A stretch of 64,000 nucleotides of DNA, taken from NCBI RefSeq assembly GCF_003918875.1, contig NW_025766002.1, forward strand, positions 1,240,001-1,304,000. Reading direction: 5' to 3'. The translations under genes and the position numbers were made by a program. Below, piece by piece: positions 14,975 to 28,148 of the stretch. Position 1 is the first letter of the stretch, and each line of letters begins with the position of its first letter. Origin of the DNA: Haliotis rubra. Taxonomy: Eukaryota. The notes under the pieces were generated by a model. The model did no database searches. It was not told the DNA's origin and saw only the letters and a list, made by a program, of their open reading frames with translations.

Positions 14975-17900
14975 GTTGTATCCCGATTATGTGGTATTGA
15001 ATCCCGAGTATGTACTATTGTATCCCCGAGTATGTGGTATTGTATCCCGAGTTTGTGGTATTGTATCTCCAGTATGTGGTATTGTATCTCGAGTATGTGG
15101 TATTGTATCCCGAGTATGTGGTATTGTATCTCCAGTATGTAGTATTGTATACCGAGTAAGTGGTATTGTGTCTCGAGTATGTAGTATTGTCTCGAGTATG
15201 TAGTATTGTATCCCGAGTATGTAGTATTATTGGATTGTATCCCGAGTATGTAGTATTATATCTCGAGTATGTGGTATTGTATCCCAAGTATGTGGTATTG
15301 TATCCCGAGTATGTAGGATTGTATCCCGAGTATGTGGTATTGTATCCCGAGTATATAGTATTGTATCTCTAGTATGTGGTATTGTATCCCGAGTATGTGG
15401 TATTGTGTCTCTTATATGTAGTATTGTATCCCGAGTATGTGGTATTGTATCCCGAGTATGTAGTATTGTATACCGAGTATGTGGGATTGTATCTCGAGTA
15501 TGTGGTATTGTATCCCGAGTATGTAGTGTTGTATCCGAGTATGTAGTATTGTATCTCCAGTATGTGGTATTGTATCCCGAGTTTGTGGTATTGCATCTCC
15601 AGTATGTGGTATTGTATCTCGAGTATGTGGTATTGTATCCCGAGTATGTGGTATTGTATCTCCAGTATGTAGTATTGTATACCGAGTAAGTGGTATTGTG
15701 TTCTCGAGTATGTAGTATTGTATCCCCAGTATGTGGTATTGTATCCCGATGTATGTATTATCTCGAGTATGTGGTATTGTATCCCAAGTATGTGGTATTG
15801 TATCCCGAGTATGTAGTATTGTATCCTGAGTATGTGGTATTGTATCCCGAGTATGTGTATTGTATCCCGAGTATGTAGTATTGTATCTCTAGTATGTGGT
15901 ATTGTATCCCGAGTATGTGGTATTGTGTCTCTAATATGTAGTATTGTATCCCGAGTATGTGGTATTGTATCCCGAGTATGTAGTATTGTATCTCTAGTAT
16001 GTAGTATTGTATCCCGTGGTATTGTATCCCGTATGGTATTGTATCTCTGAGTATGTAGTATTGTATCTCTAATTGTATCCCGATGTGGTGGTTTGTATCC
16101 CGAGTATGTAGTATTGTATCCCGAGTATGTAGTATTGTATCCTGAGTATGTAGTATTGTTTCCCGAGTATGTGGTATTGTATACCGAGTATGTAGTATTG
16201 TATCTCTAGTATGTGGTATTGTATCCCAAGTATCCCCAGGTATGGTGTCCCGAGTATGTGTTGTATCTCCAGTATGTAGTGTATCCCGAGTATGTAGTAT
16301 CCCTGTATGTGGTATTGTATCCCGAGTATGTGGTATTATATCTCGAGTATGTGGTATTGTATCCCGAGTATGTAGTATTGTATCCCGAGTATGTAGTATT
16401 GTATCCCGAGTATGTGGTATTGTATCCCGAGTATGTGGTATTGTATCCTCGAGTATGTGGTATTGTATCCCGAGTATATAGTATTGTATCCCGAGTATGT
16501 GTGTATTGTATCCCGAGTATGTGGTATTGTATCCCGAGTATGCAGCATTGCATCTCCAGTATGTAGTATTGTATCCCGAGTATGGGGTATTGTATCCCGA
16601 GTAAGTAGTATTATATCTCGAGTATGTGGTATTGTATCCCGAGTATGTGTATTGTATCCCAGTATGTAGTATTGTATCCCGAGTATGTAGTATTGTATCC
16701 GAGTATGTGGTATTGTATCCCGAGTATGTAGTATTGTATCTCGAGTAGTATGTATCCCGAGTATGTGGTATTGTATCCCGAGTATGTGGTATTGTATCCC
16801 GAGTATGTGGTATTGTATCTCTAGTATGTGGTATTGTATCCCGAGTATGTAGTATTGTATCTCTAGTATGTAGTATTGTATCCCGAGTATGTGGTATTGT
16901 ATCTCTAGTATGTATTGTATCCCGAGTATATGTATTGTATCCTCCTAGTGTAGTATGTATCCCCAGTATTGTATCCCGAGTATGTGTTATATCCCGAGTA
17001 TGTGTATTGTATCTCCAGTATGTAGTATTGTATCCCAAGTATGTAGTATTGTATCCCGAGTATGTGGTATTGTATCCCGAGTATGTAGTATTATATCTCG
17101 AGTATGTGGTATTGTATCCCGAGTATGTGGTATTGTATCCCGAGGATGTAGTATTGTATCCCGAGTATGTGGTATTGTATCTCTAGTATGTGGTATTGTA
17201 TCCCGAGTATATAGCATTGTATCTCTAGTATGTAGTATTGTATCCCGAGTATGTGGTATTGTATCTCTAGTATGTGGTATTGTATCCCGAGTATATAGCA
17301 TTGTATCTCTAGTGTGTAGTATTGTATCCCGAGTATGTGGTATTGTATCCCGAGTATGTGGTAATGTTTACCGAGTATGTAGTATTATATCTCTAGTATG
17401 TGGTATTGTATCCCGAGTATGTGGTATTGTATCCCGAGTATGTAGTATTGTATCCCGAGTATGTAGTATTGTATCTCGAGTATGTAGTATTGTATCTCGA
17501 GTATGTAGTATTGTATCCCCAGTATGTGGTATTGTATTGTATCCCGATTATTGTATCCCGAGTATGTATGGTATATTGTATCCCGAGTATGTGGTATTGT
17601 ATCCCGAGTATGTAGTATTGTATCTCTAGTATGTAGTATTGTATCGTATCCCGAGTATGTGGTATTGTATCCCGAGTATGTGGTATTGTATCCCAAGTAT
17701 GTAGTATTGTATCCCGAGTATGTGGTATTGTATCCCGAGTATGTAGTATTGTATCTCTAGTATGTGGTATTGTATCCCGAGTATGTAGTATTGTATCCCG
17801 AGTATGTGGTATTGTATCCCTAGTATGTAGTATTGTATCCCGAGTATGTAGTATGTATGTATTGTATCCTAGAGTATGTATCCCGTATTGTATCCCGAGT

Positions 17901-18403
17901 ATGTATTGTGTAGTATTGTATCCCGTATGGTATTGTATCCCGAGTATGTATTGTATCCCGAGTATGTAGTATTGTATCCCGAGTATGTAGTATTGTATCT
18001 CTAGTATGTGGTATTGTATCCCGAGTATGTAGTATTGTATCCCGAGTAGTATTGTATCCCTAGAGTATGTATGTGGTATTGTATCCCCCGAGTATGTAGT
18101 ATTGTATCCCGAGTATGTAGTATTGTATCTCTAGTATGTAGTATTGTATCCCGAGTATGTAGTATTGTATCCCGAGTATGTAGTATTGTATCCCGAGTAT
18201 GTAGTATTGTATCCCGAGTATGTAGTATTGTATCTCTAGTATGTAGTATTGTATCCCGAGTATGTAGTATTGTATCCCGAGTATGTATCCCGTATGTATA
18301 TTGTATCCTGAGTATGTAGTATAGTATCCCGAGTATGTAGTATTGTATGTGTATTGTATAGTATTGTATCCCGAGTGTGTGGTATTGTATCCCGAGTATG
18401 TAT
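14975..18403. repeat. 21-bp satellite array (~3.4 kb, ~160 copies)
   Basis: Unit gtatcccgagtatgtggtatt with cccgag/ctctag/ctcgag and tgg/tag variants; many indels in the middle. Confidence 0.97.
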
Positions 18404-18790
18404 CCTGAACATGTACTTGACCAACGTCTTCATTTTGAAACAATTGACAAAATTTAACAGAGTTTGGTCTTTCCTGAATCAACAAAATAGGGACATTCTA
18501 AAATTGCATGATATTCATCACTGATAGAAGTATTACAGAGAGTACATATACGCTCGTGTAGAGGTACACCATTCCAACGGCCAACCGCAACTTGTAGACG
18601 GTGATGTACGAAAAAGAAGCAATTTAATCCAGCTGTTTTGTGATAAAATGCTTGAATATTTTTCAAATCCAAATTGTTTCTTAAAGATCGGGTAATTTTT
18701 GGCCGTTGAGGAATTAAACATATCTGAAAAAAGTCTGTACATACTGATCCTCTAGCCTTACTCTGATAATGTTTGTAAGAAATGACAATG
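18404..18790 (-). mobile_element. 3' fragment of a non-LTR retrotransposon ORF2 (C-terminal CCHC-type zinc region)
   Basis: HRLQVAVGRWNGVPLHERICTLCNTSISDEYHAILECPYF matches the H.L.VE.GRW...ER.C..C....DE.H....C motif at the end of CR1/L2/RTE-X-like ORF2 proteins; frameshifted. Confidence 0.75.
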
Positions 18791-19009
18791 AAACATGGTC
18801 CTGGTTGTACCATATGTACAAGCATCCGTTCTGTGTGAAAATAGACTCCAGACATTTGATCCATTTATGTGGATGATTAAGTAATGACAAAAAGGCCTTT
18901 TGTGAGAGATCACCGTGACCTTACATTAGCGGGTCAAGTGCACACAGCTACATCTACAGTATCCTACGGTTATAACGAACTCAATGGGATCACTACTTGT
19001 AGTTCGTTA

Positions 19010-19221
19010 CCCGTGAAGGTAACCCATGCTTTTCGTAAGAGGCGACTAACGGGGTTGGGTGGTCAGGCTCACTGGCTTGGTTGTCATCGGTTCCCAATTG
19101 CGCAGATCGATGCTCATGCTGTTGATCACTGGACTGTCTGGTCCAGACTCGATTATTTACGGACCGCCGCCATATAGCTGGAATATTGCTGAGTGCGGCG
19201 TAAAACTAAACTCACTCACTC
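19010..19221 (+). mobile_element. SINE family 2 (tgcttgtcgtaagaggcgactaa core, Meta-like), (ACTC)n tail
   Basis: Matches copies at 32529-32726, 33345-33497 and 58501-58660; short TSD tcgtta. The Meta-domain label is from memory and unverified. Confidence 0.8.
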
Positions 19222-20199
19222 GTTATAACTGTTGATTATGCGCATTTCGACTAAACCAAATGGCTAGGACAAAACACAAGTGCGATATATCCGTCAGTTC
19301 GTTGTAAGCTTGTATTTTATAATCGTAGATTACCGTAAGTACTATCCCCCATCATCCATTTTGTCCACACAATAATATTTCGACCTGCTAGTGATGATTC
19401 TCCTATCTGAAACTATTCTAATGACATTTGTTCGGGTTGGGATTTTAACACAATCCAAATACGGTTCTAGACTATACCGTAACACGTCATACAAGTAGGT
19501 GACCACTGAGTGGGGTTGTACGCCATCTTTTCAGCATAACTGAAACCAAGCAAAGTGCCCTTTTTCTGTGGGACGACTGTTTGAACGACACATGTTCATC
19601 GACGCACTGCTATCGACTTCAACTGCCTCACAGACCCTTAACTACCGTACAGCTACAGCCCTAAGTAAATAAGTCTAGGGTTCCTCAGATTCTGAAACTC
19701 CCATCCCATTAAGCTCCTTTTCAATTAAAAGTGAATTATTTGTGTTTGTGAAACTTATATACATTGAGAGACTAAGTGTTAGTCTACTATGGACAATGAT
19801 AGGGTTTCACGTGGTTAGTTCTGCTGTAACATGTGGTATAGTGCTGATTGTGAGTGTGGTGACATATGTAAGAAGCTGGTTATGTAAATGTTGCATTTGC
19901 TGCTAATCCCCTGCTTTCACCATTGACATATCTACAGCAATGGGGCTCCTAGTGATGTCACCGATGTGGACAAACTGCTGAGACAGCAATATATGACAAG
20001 CGTGGACCCAGCTGTCAGTCAGACCCGATGCTACTTTCACGCGCACAGTATAACATTACATGGCTTGTTATTTACTAGCTGTTGGATTACGTAATGTCAT
20101 ACAACACTTGCAGCCAAACGCATTGCAGGAACCTGTATCAGGACATATACTTATCATTAATTATGTGTCTCCGGCAGCAGAGGGCAATGTCCGAAGAAG

Positions 20200-21282
20200 T
20201 GAGAGAGAGAGATGGTGCGAGCGAGTGAGTGGGGAAGAATGTTTTTTTGCGAGTCAGAGAGTGTTTGTGTGCGAATGTGTCTCTGTACGTGTGTGTAAGA
20301 GAGAGAGAGGGAGGAAAAGGGAGAGAGAGAGTGAAGGAGAGAGAGAGAGGAGAGAAAAGGAGAGAGAGAGAGAGGAGAAAGAAGNNNNNNNNNNNNNNNN
20401 NNNNNNNNNNNNNNNNNNNNNNNNNNNNNNNNNNNNNNNNNNNNNNNNNNNNNNNNNNNNNNNNNNNNNNNNNNNNNNNNNNNNNNNNNNNNNNNNNNNN
20501 NNNNNNNNNNNNNNNNNNNNNNNNNNNNNNNNNNNNNNNNNNNNNNNNNNNNNNNNNNNNNNNNNNNNNNNNNNNNNNNNNNNNNNNNNNNNNNNNNNNN
20601 NNNNNNNNNNNNNNNNNNNNNNNNNNNNNNNNNNNNNNNNNNNNNNNNNNNNNNNNNNNAGAGGGAGAGAGGCGAGGAGGAGAAAGGAGAGAGGAGAAAG
20701 GAGAGAGGAGAGAAAGGAGAGGNNNNNNNNNNNNNNNNNNNNNNNNNNNNNNNNNNNNNNNNNNNNNNNNNNNNNNNNNNNNNNNNNNNNNNNNNNNNNN
20801 NNNNNNNNNNNNNNNNNNNNNNNNNNNNNNNNNNNNNNNNNNNNNNNNNNNNNNNNNNNNNNNNNNNNNNNNNNNNNNGGAGAAGGGGGTGCTTAAGCAC
20901 TCAGTTTGGGGTTAATTCAATACTAGGATCATGTGTTAATGTTTATAAAAAACGAGAGGCAAAGACACTGACTTTCAGTATGAGATGCACAACTGGACAA
21001 AGGGGTAGACTTGGGTGGAGATAGACATGATTGATAGATGGGGAACGGGAAACTAAGGATGAGATAGAGGGAGGTGCTGAAAAGAGGAAGAATGAAGGAA
21101 CAGAAGGGACGAATAAAGGGGATAGAGTGGANNNNNNNNNNNNNNNNNNNNNNNNNNNNNNNNNNNNNNNNNNNNNNNNNNNNNNNNNNNNNNNNNNNNN
21201 NNNNNNNNNNNNNNNNNNNNNNNNNNNNNNNNNNNNNNNNNNNNNNNNNNNNNNNNNNNNNNNNNNNNNNNNNNNNNNNNNN
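20200..21282. repeat. Purine-rich (GA)n/(GGA)n tract broken by three assembly gaps (20385-20659, 20723-20878, 21132-21282)
   Basis: Direct reading of the sequence. Confidence 0.95.
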
Positions 21283-24200
21283 TCGTTTCACATTATATAA
21301 TCCCACTATACAAAAAATGTAATTAATGACAATTTCCCAGACCAGACGTTTCCAAGGGCACAGTCCCGCACGTCCCGGCTCCAGCATATATACACAAACG
21401 CGCGGAAATGGGCGCGGGCTGACCGCTGATCTTCACCTTTCTTGTTTCTGAACAGAAAAGATGTTACAGGGGACGACGTGTAGCTTTCCATAAACAAATT
21501 GGTTGCCCCTAACGTCAGCTGAGGGAGCCGCGCAGCCTGTGCTTGTAACACTGCAGATAACCTGCGTGCCCTTGTTTAACATGACCGAGAATGATAATGT
21601 TGTTTCAACCATTCTCTTGTTTCTGTAAACATATATCGCAACCATCATTGAAACTTATCACACTGCAGCGAATGTATCTGGCGCCACTGCTGTTTCAGCG
21701 GCTTTTATGACGAATGAAAGTAACCTATAAAAAGAAGATTGAGACTCGAAATATACTTTAAGCTGATACGGAATCTAAATTTGATTCAGACTGCTTAATA
21801 CATTCTTTGTACAAACCTCCACATGCGAACTTCCGTGATACGCTAGGATATAGGTAAGGGGTTTGAGACTCCACGTCATGAATCGCTTAGTTTTATCCAT
21901 GAATGTGCCACAGTTACAAGTTTAACACAAACACGTTTTGTTTTACACAGTCATAATATATATAGTAAGCGATAACATTAATTATAATTGGTTATGGAAA
22001 TACACCCTTTAATCATCATCTGTAATGGTTTAATATAAAGCCCAAATTTCAAATTTCAAATGTTTCAATGTTTAAATTACCAAATAACTAGCATTCCTTT
22101 TCTTACAAAAAATTGCAAGTCAGTGTAAGGTTATTGGAGAGTCAACGTTTAATTCCTAACTATATTTGACAAACCTAATCCAATTAAAAAACACACAAGG
22201 CATATTTCGTTGAAATTCCAGTATGCTTTTATGAAAAACCCTCCGTGTAATCCATAACGTTGAGACCCACGTGTACACCACCTTCGTTACAATTCTCTTT
22301 ATAAACACGGTGCAACAACAACAGCCTCTCTCATTCTCACCTGGGCGACAGGTGTTAACAGTCTCTAACTCCAAAAGAAGAATAAGGAAACAGAAAACAG
22401 AAATAAAAGATGAAGTAAACAACAAAAAGAGACAGCGATACACGTGTTAGCCAAACCAGACCTTAGATACCGTTCACGATTGAGCACAAAGATTTGGCAT
22501 TGTGAAACGTGACAGATACCTCGTCAACCTAGTCAATCGCGCCTCTCTCCAGGTCGCGTCCTTGCCTTGGCAACTTGTCCAGATTAATACTCTTTTCCTA
22601 ATCTGTGGGTTGTGTATAGCCTCTCAGTATTTTCATAATCAACTCGCGCCTAATCCATTGTACATCTTTTAAGCATTGCTAATCATTCTCATCTGTATCA
22701 TCATGTGTTTTCATGCGTGCTTCGTGAAAGTAGACAAATCGGTTGGCGGTCGTCAAGCTGATCTCATATTAGCTGGCGAAGGTATTCCGACTTTAGCTTC
22801 CTTGGACTCCTACCAGACTTACAATCTGGAGATTCACATAATCTTCACATACCCTCCCAGTTGCAAGTTATGTTGTGTTACATAGATTTTAAGGTGGGTG
22901 GCGTTACTTTTTTAACCGTCGAGTTTTAAAAACGTTTAGCATCTTGTTGTTCAATTAGCCAATGGCTGCTGATGGCTTGGCTCCCTGAGGTAATATTGTA
23001 AAGCTGTCGATAGGTGGCAGTATTTGGCGCCAAAATGTTCATGGTCCCGCCTTTAAGACCACTTTTGTCACAATGGGAAGAAACGTTTTAAAAAGACCCA
23101 AAGGAAAACATTGCCCACATCATGCTTACGTGTATAGTGGTATAGCTTTTAGATCTGGGATAAAATTAGAAATAACAATACTTGGAAAAATTTCTGTAAA
23201 ATATTTTGGGATAAATATTCAAACGTTTAAGTTTGACAACTGAAAATATGAAACATAGTATTTACTTTGTTGGGTACAACCATGTTCAGAATTAAAACCC
23301 CTTACACATAGGGCTCCTGGTGCAATATGCAGTCACATACAGGAAATATAGGCTGCCATCAGATTCTTGAATGAAGTCCAAACACCAACTCTATAGGTGA
23401 CATACAGGGTGTGCCATATTTTCTTAATTTCCGCGTTTACTGTAGATATCTTAAAGAGTTGAGTTTGTCTTTGCTACAATCTGTATTACGTCTTTGCTAC
23501 AATTTGTATTACGTCTTGGTTATTAGAGCGCATGCACCAAGTCATATAACGGAAGTATGCCTGGGCATGCGTACTAGAGACCAAACACTGTTGTTACACT
23601 GTCCTACTGGTCAATACATTCAGATCAGATTACCTTCACCATTAATACTGGACGGGGAAACATTTGAAGCGTCTTGCATAATCAATTAGTTCTTCTGACC
23701 GATCACGTCTACTGTTGGTTTCAGAACACAAATAGCATGTTTAACATCGTTCGCAAAATATATTCCACCAGGAACTATGAAAGTTTGTAAACGTATTTTT
23801 GTTTTGTTCACGATTTTTCAGACTTCATCTTCAACAAAACATCCTTTTCCCTTAAGGCATTTTCTTCACAAGCTATCCGTGTCTGTGTTTGTTCATGTCT
23901 AAATCATATGTCGCATTAAAATATTTGACTCGAGATCGCCGACAATGAAGGACTGTCGGGACCAACATCCCTTCAACCAAAGTAACGCCAAGGACCTCTA
24001 CATTCCTCAACTTCCGTCGTTCATTAAAAAAAACATTCCGGGATGTCCACCAAGAGTTTTCAATGACCTACTGTGACCAGGGAATAAAAGACCTCTTCCT
24101 TGTTTGTCGTAGCCAGCGTTGTTCTCTTGTTTACTGACACACAATCAAGAATTAAGATTCCCCCACGATTTGGAGACTACACAAAACCACTAGCCTGTTC

Positions 24201-24795
24201 ATTAACCCCGTGTCCTAAGCCGGATGACGCTGTAGGCTACGAGTAACTGTGGCCGATTTTACATGACAAGGGATTGAATAAGAATTCGGGATATTCCGTT
24301 GTTTTAGGTCTTACGTATGAAATTCATTCAAAGAATTTCCCCGAATTAACTTTAGGATGAGGTCAGTATTTGCATTCTTCATTTTCTTCTCGTGGTGTTA
24401 CAGTGGCAGCTTAGACGGATTGTAGTCGATGAAGTCGTTGGCGCACACGTCCAGGCGTGTCCATTCTTACAAATACGTCTTACGTTTTACAACTTTTCGT
24501 TATTTTTTAACTGTCTTTCGTGTTTGCTTATTTCTCTAGTTGGGATGTTATTTGGCAGCGGTTTGCTTTGAAATACGCATATACACACGGCATTCCATAC
24601 CTTCCCCTCTGGAGAAGATCGGATAGAGAAATGAAGTGTGATATCAGTATATGGGTGCCATGCTACATTTCATATACTGGTAGCTATTGTAAATACACGC
24701 ATATACACACGCCATTCCTTACAATGTACCTTCCCCTCTGAAGAAGATCGGACAGATAAATGAGGTGTAATATCAAGTATATGGGTGTCATGCTA

Positions 24796-25812
24796 AACTC
24801 TTCAAAAAAAGAAACGCACAGGCCAAAAATAAGAGAATGTATTAAACGTATTTAAGTGTACATAAGTCGATTAAGCTTGAACACAGATGAAGGAAATTCG
24901 ACACTCAGATGAACATATGTGTTGTTGTCAGTCTTAAGTCAGTTCACATGTGTAGACACAAGGGGGCGTTCAGGTCAGTACCTGGTGACACCACCCCTTG
25001 CAGCCGTCACTGCTCGACACCGCCTTGGAAGGGATTGCACAAGTCGTCGGATTTTTGCTTGGGGAATTCTTCGCCATTCCTCCTGCAACACGTTGGCAAG
25101 TTCTGCAAGTGTCTGTGGACGACGGTGACGTTTACGGACGAGTCCATCAAGTTCGTCCCATAGATGCTCGATCGGGTTCAGATCACGCGATTTGGAATAC
25201 CAGGGAAGGACATTGACGTTTGCATTGGCGAGATATGCACCTTTTACACGAGCTGTGTGGGGTCGAGAGTTGTCGTGTTGAAACAGCTCCCTCTGGCGGT
25301 TACAAAGTGGGAGGAGGTTAGGTCGCAGGATTTGGTCGATGTAGCGATTTGCTGTAAGATTGCCTTGAACCACCAATAGCTCTGATCTACCATGACGCTT
25401 CCTCCACCAAATCTGTCACCTGTCGAAATCAGTTCGGAGCAAAATGTTCGTGTCGACGTCGATAGACACGTTGTCTCCCATCCCGTCGTTGCAGGAGGAA
25501 ATGTGATTCATCGATGAACCAAACATGTCGCCAGTTCCTCAGGTTCCATTCTGTACCCTGTTGCACCATTGGACGCGTCGTAGTCAGTGTAGTCGTGTCA
25601 GGACAGGTCCAACTTTTGGTCGATATGGTCGAGTTCACAGTTCACACTTCTTTCAGCCGATTTCTGATGGTTTGGTCGGAAATTCTTCGAAGACCAGGTA
25701 CCTGTCCTGCAGTGTCCGTTGATGTAGCAAACCGGTGACGTAGGTGAAACACCCGGATGAATGAGGAAGGGCACTGAGCAGGAGTGGTCACTCTTGGTCT
25801 TCCACTCGGACA
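24796..25812 (-). mobile_element. Degenerate Tc1-like (DD34E-type) transposon lacking one end
   Basis: Frameshifted transposase with WRHVWFIDESHF, FQHDNSRPHTAR and SRDLNPIEHLW motifs. TIR-like aactcttcaaaaaaagaaacgca at left. Sits in a ~130-bp local tandem repeat (24570-24795 and 25813-25890). Confidence 0.88.
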
Positions 25813-26619
25813 ATGAAGTGTAATATCAAGTATATGGGTGTCATGCTATATTTCATATACCGGTAGCTATTGTAAATACACATATACATACTCCATAATA
25901 CCCTTCCAATCTCCATTCACGTTTTGATGGAATAAAGTATAATGTGAAGTATATGGAGTCCATATGTATTTCGTATACTGGTATCCATTGTAAACACACA
26001 CGTACCAACTGCATTCTACCATTTCCCCTTCCTGTGTAGTTTGGACTGAAGTGTGGGTCAAGTATTGGGATGTTATGTAACATTTTATAAACTGTTATTC
26101 TTAGTGAACACACAGATCTTGCTTTTAAGATATCGTAAGATTACACGCACGTGCGTCTCTGTGTTTGTTTTATGAGAGAAAATATATGCATGCACACACG
26201 CGCTCGCACGCACACACACACACTAAGGGTGCGTGTTCAGAATCGAGCTGCACTAATTAAACGACCGAAACTGTTATATTACCACGCTGCCGCTGACAAA
26301 CTGATATTTCAACCAGCGTTTAGTTGCAATGGTTATTTATTACGTATTTATTATTCTTGAACATGTAATGAAAATATATTTCCTCCCGTCATAATGTCAA
26401 TACCATCAACCTCGTATTCCGAGACGTTAAACCTAATTTCACCTCACCTCACCTCGTATTCCGAAATTTAGTGAAGGGATATAACGGGATTCAGTGGGAC
26501 CATATGGGCAAAGAGAAGTAACTGTAATAGAGGATTCTTATTAGAAGAAACGCTAGTAAAATATGTGTTTCGGTGTTCGGCAACGCATTTGTTAACAATG
26601 TAGGTAGTGGTGGTGGTGG

Positions 26620-26856
26620 TGGAATGGGTTTAACGTCGTGCTTGAGAATAATTCGCTCATATGACGACGTGCATGCGTGTGTATGTGTATGTGCGGCTGC
26701 TTGTACTAGCCCAGACTGAAGCTGGTTTTATAGTGCTAGCCCACTGAGATATCATGCCGCAGTGAAGCATGAATACCCCACTCAGACACATTATACTGAC
26801 TCCGAGCCGACTAGTCCTTGTTGTACCCATTAATGCCGAGCGCCAGGCAGGGACCA
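26620..26856 (-). mobile_element. SINE family 3 (V-SINE-like core), 5'-truncated
   Basis: Highly similar to 33963-34200. Confidence 0.8.
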
Positions 26857-28059
26857 ACAAGGATTGTACAATATCATAGGGTTGTAAACGAATGTTTTAA
26901 AGTCGGTGCTCGTCACTGCGGGTTACTGTCTTCGGGCGCACTATTCGCCATATATTCACAACGTGACTACCCTCTCAAATTGTTATTGTGCTATCGCCAT
27001 GTTCGTATAATTTGTAGGTAGTGGTGTTCCACTCTTTAAGAACAGCATATGCAGTAGCTCTTGTTGACGTTTGCAGGTATGCTGAGTAAATCGAAATTCC
27101 AATAACAAATAATAAAACTGCAATATTGTATATACTGCCAGGCAATATAATGTATACAGCAATGGCTGAAGATAGCTGAAGACTTACCACACACGAAATG
27201 ATTATTCTATGCTGATGTAGTTGACAAGTAACCAGTGCGATGTTACGTGCATCAGATCAATGACTGTCTCAACACAGGCGACGTGTAAATAGTCTCAAGG
27301 AACATTAAGATCACAGTTTCACAGTGATGAGCAGTCTGAAGTATACATTTCAAGTGTATATTTTCTTTTGCTCGATGGTTTATAAGTGTTCCAAAAGGAG
27401 AGTTTAGTAAAAAACGTCAGTGAACAAAAAATAAATCAGTACAAAAACAAACGAGGTTACATTCCTGATGCCTGATACATGTATTAGTACTACATAACGA
27501 CAACAGGTAAATGTGTTTAACATAACTACACAATGAATCGGCAGTAGATAGCATCCTAATGTATCATAATGGAACGTATATAGAACGGTTTAATACATGG
27601 GACCAAGAAAAAATATCCGATCTTCGAGACATCCGACCAGGGCATATCATCACATATGACTATGAAAGAAAACAAAACGCTTCTCAGTTTGTTTTGAATC
27701 GAAACTATAATCCGTTATCAGTAGTGTTTAGTCGTAACAGTGAGTACTTCCTAATTAATTCCATATTAATCAATCCTAATTAAATAACAAACAAGTGAAA
27801 CCTTCAACTCAATTAGCCCTAATTAGTTTACACTACCGCATCCCTTTGATTCATGCCGCACCGTGTGTAAACAACCTCCGTTCAGATGGATACTTGCCCT
27901 TGAAAGGTAGATGCATACCGAGTTTCTTTGCAAATATCGAGTTAAAACGGTAATTTTGCTCGTTGGAACCATGAAATGATATGGAGATATCCGAAATATC
28001 GAGACATCCGTATCGAGTTAAAAGAGCTTGAATAATGATAAATTATAAAGGATTTTGCC

Positions 28060-28124
28060 TGGACCGAGATGTTATACCGAGACAACCGAGATATCGCGTT
28101 GTTCGACACAACGGTGCTCGACTG
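28060..28124. mobile_element. Terminus of a Tc1/pogo-type MITE
   Basis: Ends ...cggtgctcgactg followed by TA (CAGTCGA terminus on the - strand); cgaga(t/c)a repeats also occur at 27620 and 27980. Confidence 0.5.
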
Positions 28125-28148
28125 TATAAAGCAACATCAGTATCTGTT

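Noticed and set aside
14891-18485. Long repetitive ORFs (up to 426 aa)
   Set aside because: By-products of a 21-bp satellite that is open in several frames on both strands; no non-repetitive domain.
20060-21387. Long Arg/Glu-rich ORFs
   Set aside because: They run through (GA)n tracts and N gaps.
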